From contig JANLPS010000422.1 in assembly GCA_031367385.1 (NCBI GenBank), forward strand, positions 1 to 18,325: a DNA stretch of 18,325 nucleotides. The letters run 5' to 3'. The notes below the pieces were generated by a model. That model was not told the origin of the DNA. It saw only the letters and a list, made by a program, of their open reading frames with translations, and did not search any database. Made by a program: the position numbers and the translations under genes. Of the stretch, positions 15,055-18,325 are shown piece by piece. Numbering within the stretch: position 1 is the first letter of the stretch; every line of letters starts with the position of its first letter. The DNA is from Archangium sp. Lineage in GTDB: Bacteria; Myxococcota; Myxococcia; Myxococcales; Myxococcaceae.

Positions 15055-17543
15055 GCACCGCGAACACTTCTGTCGCTCAGCAGAAGAGCCTCTCGTCGGC
15101 CGATGAAGCCGGCTCGCCGAACGACCTCGCCAGTGCCATTGACGGCGCGTGCGCCCGGGTCGCGCCCATCTGGCCGCTCGACCGCAGCATCGCGGTGAAC
15201 CCCTTCTGGTCGATGATTGACAGGCCGGTCTCCGAGGTCGCCGCCAGGCTGGGCTCGCTCTCGGGCGCGCAGGTGCTCATGCCCCGCGACTGGTATCGTC
15301 AGGCCTCCCGCGATGGTCGTCTTCGCGACGAGCACCTCGAGGCCGCGCTCTTGCGAGACGGGTCTGCCATGACGCTCGATGAGCTGCATGCGCTGCTCGA
15401 GGCCGATGAGCCGCCGACGAAGGTGCGCGCCCGTGTCATCGACGTCGTCGACACTTTCAGAGACCTCGGTCACCAGATGTCGTGGCGCGCTTTCGTCGCC
15501 CACAGCGTCAGTCAGTTCTGCGCATCGTACTTCGATGAAGGCCAGGCATCGTTTGGGCCCAATCGAGAGGGAGGCGTCTATGCGAGCTGGCGTCGTCAGG
15601 CGGAGGACGATCACAGCCCTGCGCTGCTGATGGGCCTTCGATCGTATCGGCGGCAGGTGCGAGAGCTCCCGTCGAGCGCTCGCAGCCTCATCGAGGCGGC
15701 GGTCGAAATACTCGAAGTGCCGACGCACCAGCGCGAGAGCTACCTCTGGGGCCTTCTTCTCGATCAGAACGGGTGGGCGTCGTGGTGCGCCTACCGTCGT
15801 TGGACGGCGCGCATGGCCGGGGCCGATGACGAGGCGATCTCAGACGTGCTGGCGATTCGCCTCGCCTGGGAGCTGATGCTGTACCGAGATGGGGGCGATG
15901 TCGTCGCACGCCGCTGGCGACTCGCCGTGGCAAGCTGGCCTGATCTCGACGCCGCGGCGTTGACCCGCCGAAAAGACGATTGGCTGTTTCAGACCGCGAT
16001 GGAGAGTGCGTGGCGAACGCCCGTGCTGCGCGCGCTCAGACCCTGTCTTCGCACGGCACGCTCCGCCAGCCCGTCGGTTCAGGCCGTGTTTTGCATCGAC
16101 GTGCGGTCAGAGGTCTTTCGCCGTGCGCTCGAAGCGACGTCGCCGTCGGTTCAAACGCTCGGTTTCGCGGGGTTCTTTGGGCTGCCACTCGAGTATCAGC
16201 CGATTGGCGCTGGGTCGTCGCGACCACAGCTGCCAGGCCTCCTGTCGCCACGTCTTCGCGCAGGCGATACGGGGCTGAGCGCCGAAGTTCTGAAGCGCCA
16301 GAGCAAGCACCTCGAGGTTGCGGCGCGTTGGAAGACGTTCAGAACCGACCCGCTCTCGACCTTCACGTTCGTCGAAGCGCTCGGGCCGACGTACGCCGGT
16401 GAGCTGTTGGTTGACAGCCTCGGCCTTCGATTGGGTCGCGGGGTCGACAGCGTTGGGCTCTCAGAGGCCGAAGCCACCCGCCGAAAACCCAGGCTCATCG
16501 GGTTGGCTGATGGCGGCCCCCTCGGTCTCGACGCGCGCTGCGAGCTCGCCGAGGCGATGCTCCGTGCGATGAGTCTCACGCGCGACTTTGCGCGCCTGGT
16601 TCTTCTCGCCGGCCACGGGAGCGCCACCCGAAACACCCCAACCGCTTCAGGGCTCGACTGCGGAGCCTGCTGTGGGCAGACGGGGGAGGTCAACGCTCGC
16701 GCCGCCGCCGCCCTTCTCAACGAACCCGAGGTTCGAAAGGGCCTGGCGCGGCGCGGGGTTTCTGTGCCCGACAGCACTTGTTTCGTGGCGGGGCTTCACA
16801 ACACGACCACCGACGAGCTGAGCCTATTTGATCTCGACGAGCTCCCGGCGTCGCACGGGCACGACGTCGCCATGCTCACCGCCGCTCTGGCCGAGGCTGG
16901 CGCACGCACCCGCACCGAACGAGCCACGCTGTTGGGCCTTCAGGGCGTCGCGGCCTCGCGGCTCGAAGCCTCCATCCGCTTGCGCACCACCGACTGGGCT
17001 CAGGTCAGACCGGAATGGGGCCTGGCGAACAACGCGGCCTTTGTCGTGGCGCCGCGCGAGCATTGCCGTGAGCTGAGCTTCGAGGGGCGCGCGTTTCTTC
17101 ACGAATATCGCCACGAAGAAGACCCAGGCTACGCCGTGCTCGAGGCGATCATGACAGCGCCCATGCTCGTCACCCACTGGATCAATTTTCAGTACTACGC
17201 GTCGACCGTCGACCACACCCACTACGGCAGTGGCAACAAGGTGCTCCACAATGTCGTCGGCGGGCATCTGGGTGTCTTCGAGGGCAATGGGGGTGACCTT
17301 CGATTCGGGCTCCCACTGCAGTCAGTTCATGATGGCCAGCGATGGGTGCACACACCGCTGCGGCTCAGTGTGTTCATCGAGGCGCCGGCCTCAGCCATCG
17401 AAGCGGTGCTCCAGAAACATGCGAGTGTGCGTGCGCTCGTCGAGAATGAGTGGCTCAGCCTCTTTCGACTCGACGCAAAAGACGAGGGCATCTTTGCGTA
17501 TCAAGAGCGCCGTTGGGTACCGCACCCGGTTGAAGATGATTGA
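15051..17543 (+). CDS. dabA: DAB inorganic carbon transporter soluble subunit, beta-carbonic-anhydrase-like (DUF2309/UPF0753; DabA/MpsB)
   Basis: APIWPLDRSIAVNPF, zinc ligands in FCIDVRSE (C, D), LAGHGS (H) and LDCGACCG (C), plus HNTTTD, DWAQVRPEWGLANNA, WINFQYYAS and GSGNKVLHNV. The ATG at 15051 overlaps the dabB stop (ATGA); 830 aa. Confidence 0.93.
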   Translation: MSTANTSVAQQKSLSSADEAGSPNDLASAIDGACARVAPIWPLDRSIAVNPFWSMIDRPVSEVAARLGSLSGAQVLMPRDWYRQASRDGRLRDEHLEAALLRDGSAMTLDELHALLEADEPPTKVRARVIDVVDTFRDLGHQMSWRAFVAHSVSQFCASYFDEGQASFGPNREGGVYASWRRQAEDDHSPALLMGLRSYRRQVRELPSSARSLIEAAVEILEVPTHQRESYLWGLLLDQNGWASWCAYRRWTARMAGADDEAISDVLAIRLAWELMLYRDGGDVVARRWRLAVASWPDLDAAALTRRKDDWLFQTAMESAWRTPVLRALRPCLRTARSASPSVQAVFCIDVRSEVFRRALEATSPSVQTLGFAGFFGLPLEYQPIGAGSSRPQLPGLLSPRLRAGDTGLSAEVLKRQSKHLEVAARWKTFRTDPLSTFTFVEALGPTYAGELLVDSLGLRLGRGVDSVGLSEAEATRRKPRLIGLADGGPLGLDARCELAEAMLRAMSLTRDFARLVLLAGHGSATRNTPTASGLDCGACCGQTGEVNARAAAALLNEPEVRKGLARRGVSVPDSTCFVAGLHNTTTDELSLFDLDELPASHGHDVAMLTAALAEAGARTRTERATLLGLQGVAASRLEASIRLRTTDWAQVRPEWGLANNAAFVVAPREHCRELSFEGRAFLHEYRHEEDPGYAVLEAIMTAPMLVTHWINFQYYASTVDHTHYGSGNKVLHNVVGGHLGVFEGNGGDLRFGLPLQSVHDGQRWVHTPLRLSVFIEAPASAIEAVLQKHASVRALVENEWLSLFRLDAKDEGIFAYQERRWVPHPVEDD

Positions 17544-18201
17544 GGGGGTCACGCGTCTCTCAGCGTACGCCGGAGCGGAGATCGCGCTGCTCACGCAGCA
17601 CGGCAAAGAGCAGGTCATCGCTCCACTTTTTCACCAAGGCCTGGCCGCACCGGTGCGAGTCGTCACCGGGTTCGACACCGACGTCTTCGGCACATTCACG
17701 CGCGACGTTTCGCGTTTCGGCAGCCAGATGGAGGCCGCGCGCCAGAAAGCCCGTGTGGCACTGGCGTTGTCTGGGCTCTCCGTCGGCTTGGGCAGTGAAG
17801 GTTCGTTCGGGCCAGGGCCCGGTGGTTTTGGCCCGTGGAACCTCGAGTTGCTCATTCTCATCGATGCAGCACGGGGCATCGAGATTCTCGGTCGCGGGTA
17901 CGCACCCGGCCGCCATTGCCACGCGCTGGTGACAAACCAGCACGCGCTCGAAGCGCTCGCCCTTCGCGCCGGGTTTCCCGAGCATGGCCTCGTCGTTCGC
18001 CCTGACGGCCCGAGCGGCCAGCCAGTTCTCAAGGGCATTCGAGCCTTGCCGGAGTTGCATCGGGCGTGGAGCGAAGGGCTCAGCGCGTCATCGACGGGCG
18101 GCGTCTTTGTCGAGAACGACCTGCGGGCGCACGTGAACCCAACTCGCATGTCGAACATCGAGGCTGCCGCGCGCGACCTAATTGCAATGCCGATCAGATA
18201 A
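17536..18201 (+). pseudogene. DUF6671-like protein, C-terminally truncated by IS insertion
   Basis: ALLTQHGKEQVIAP, DTDVFGTFTRDV, GLGSEGSFGP, GFPEHGLVV and ENDLRAHVNPTRM match my recollection of this family. The ATG at 17536 overlaps the dabA end. The cysteine-rich tail I expect after NPTRM is missing, and the stop codon lies inside the IS end. Confidence 0.7.
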
Positions 18202-18325
18202 CGGAACGGTTGTGCGGGCCGTAGGGAGGATCATAGTGCGGCGATCTCGAAGTAAGGAGATCGCCCGATGCGCCTTGCCGATGCCTTGGTGACAGTTCCG
18301 CTCGCACTGCCCGAGAATTACGGGG
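18185..18325 (+). mobile_element. Left end of an IS4-family insertion sequence (continues beyond the window)
   Basis: CAATGCCGATCAGATAAC (18185-18202) matches the E. coli IS4 terminal repeat as I recall it (TAATGCCGATCAGTTAAG) at 15 of 18 positions. It is followed by a promoter-like sequence, an RBS and an open frame. Confidence 0.75.
18268..18325 (+). CDS. Putative IS4-family transposase N-terminus (MRLADALVTVPLALPENYG…), partial
   Basis: AAGGAG RBS lies 8 nt upstream of the ATG at 18268, which is the 84th nt of the element. The frame is open to the window end. Only 19 codons are visible. Confidence 0.6.
   Translation, partial: MRLADALVTVPLALPENYG

Noticed and set aside
444..18158. Many long alternative-frame and antisense ORFs (e.g. 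444-1415, 2221-3084, 11537-12355, 13567-14889)
   Set aside because: These are Arg/Pro/Ala-rich shadow ORFs expected in high-GC coding DNA. They overlap well-supported genes and have no recognisable motifs.

Overview
GC-rich bacterial DNA, probably from a myxobacterium (inferred from gene content and protein style). It has three blocks. (1) 156-2171 (-) is a tightly coupled three-gene operon: a 179-aa two-repeat protein whose only two tyrosines both sit in PMYGV motifs, a radical SAM/SPASM enzyme resembling the PlpX/PcpX 'splicease' (tyramine-excising) family, and a stand-alone 66-aa zinc-ribbon protein. This is the best candidate for a new system: beta-amino-acid/alpha-ketoamide backbone splicing of an apparently folded protein, with no Nif11 leader and no RRE. 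A long hairpin element lies just downstream (52-151). (2) 2267-7634 holds an aldehyde dehydrogenase, a 1064-aa multi-Ig/PKD lipoprotein and an M48-like metalloprotease. (3) 7675-18325 is an inorganic-carbon uptake locus. An NhaR-like LysR regulator is followed by an ABC/HlyD/TolC set whose ATPase motifs are degenerate. Divergently lie dabB-dabA (MpsAB/DUF2309) and a DUF6671-like gene, which is truncated by an IS4-family element running off the window end. All family assignments come from recalled motifs, not database searches.
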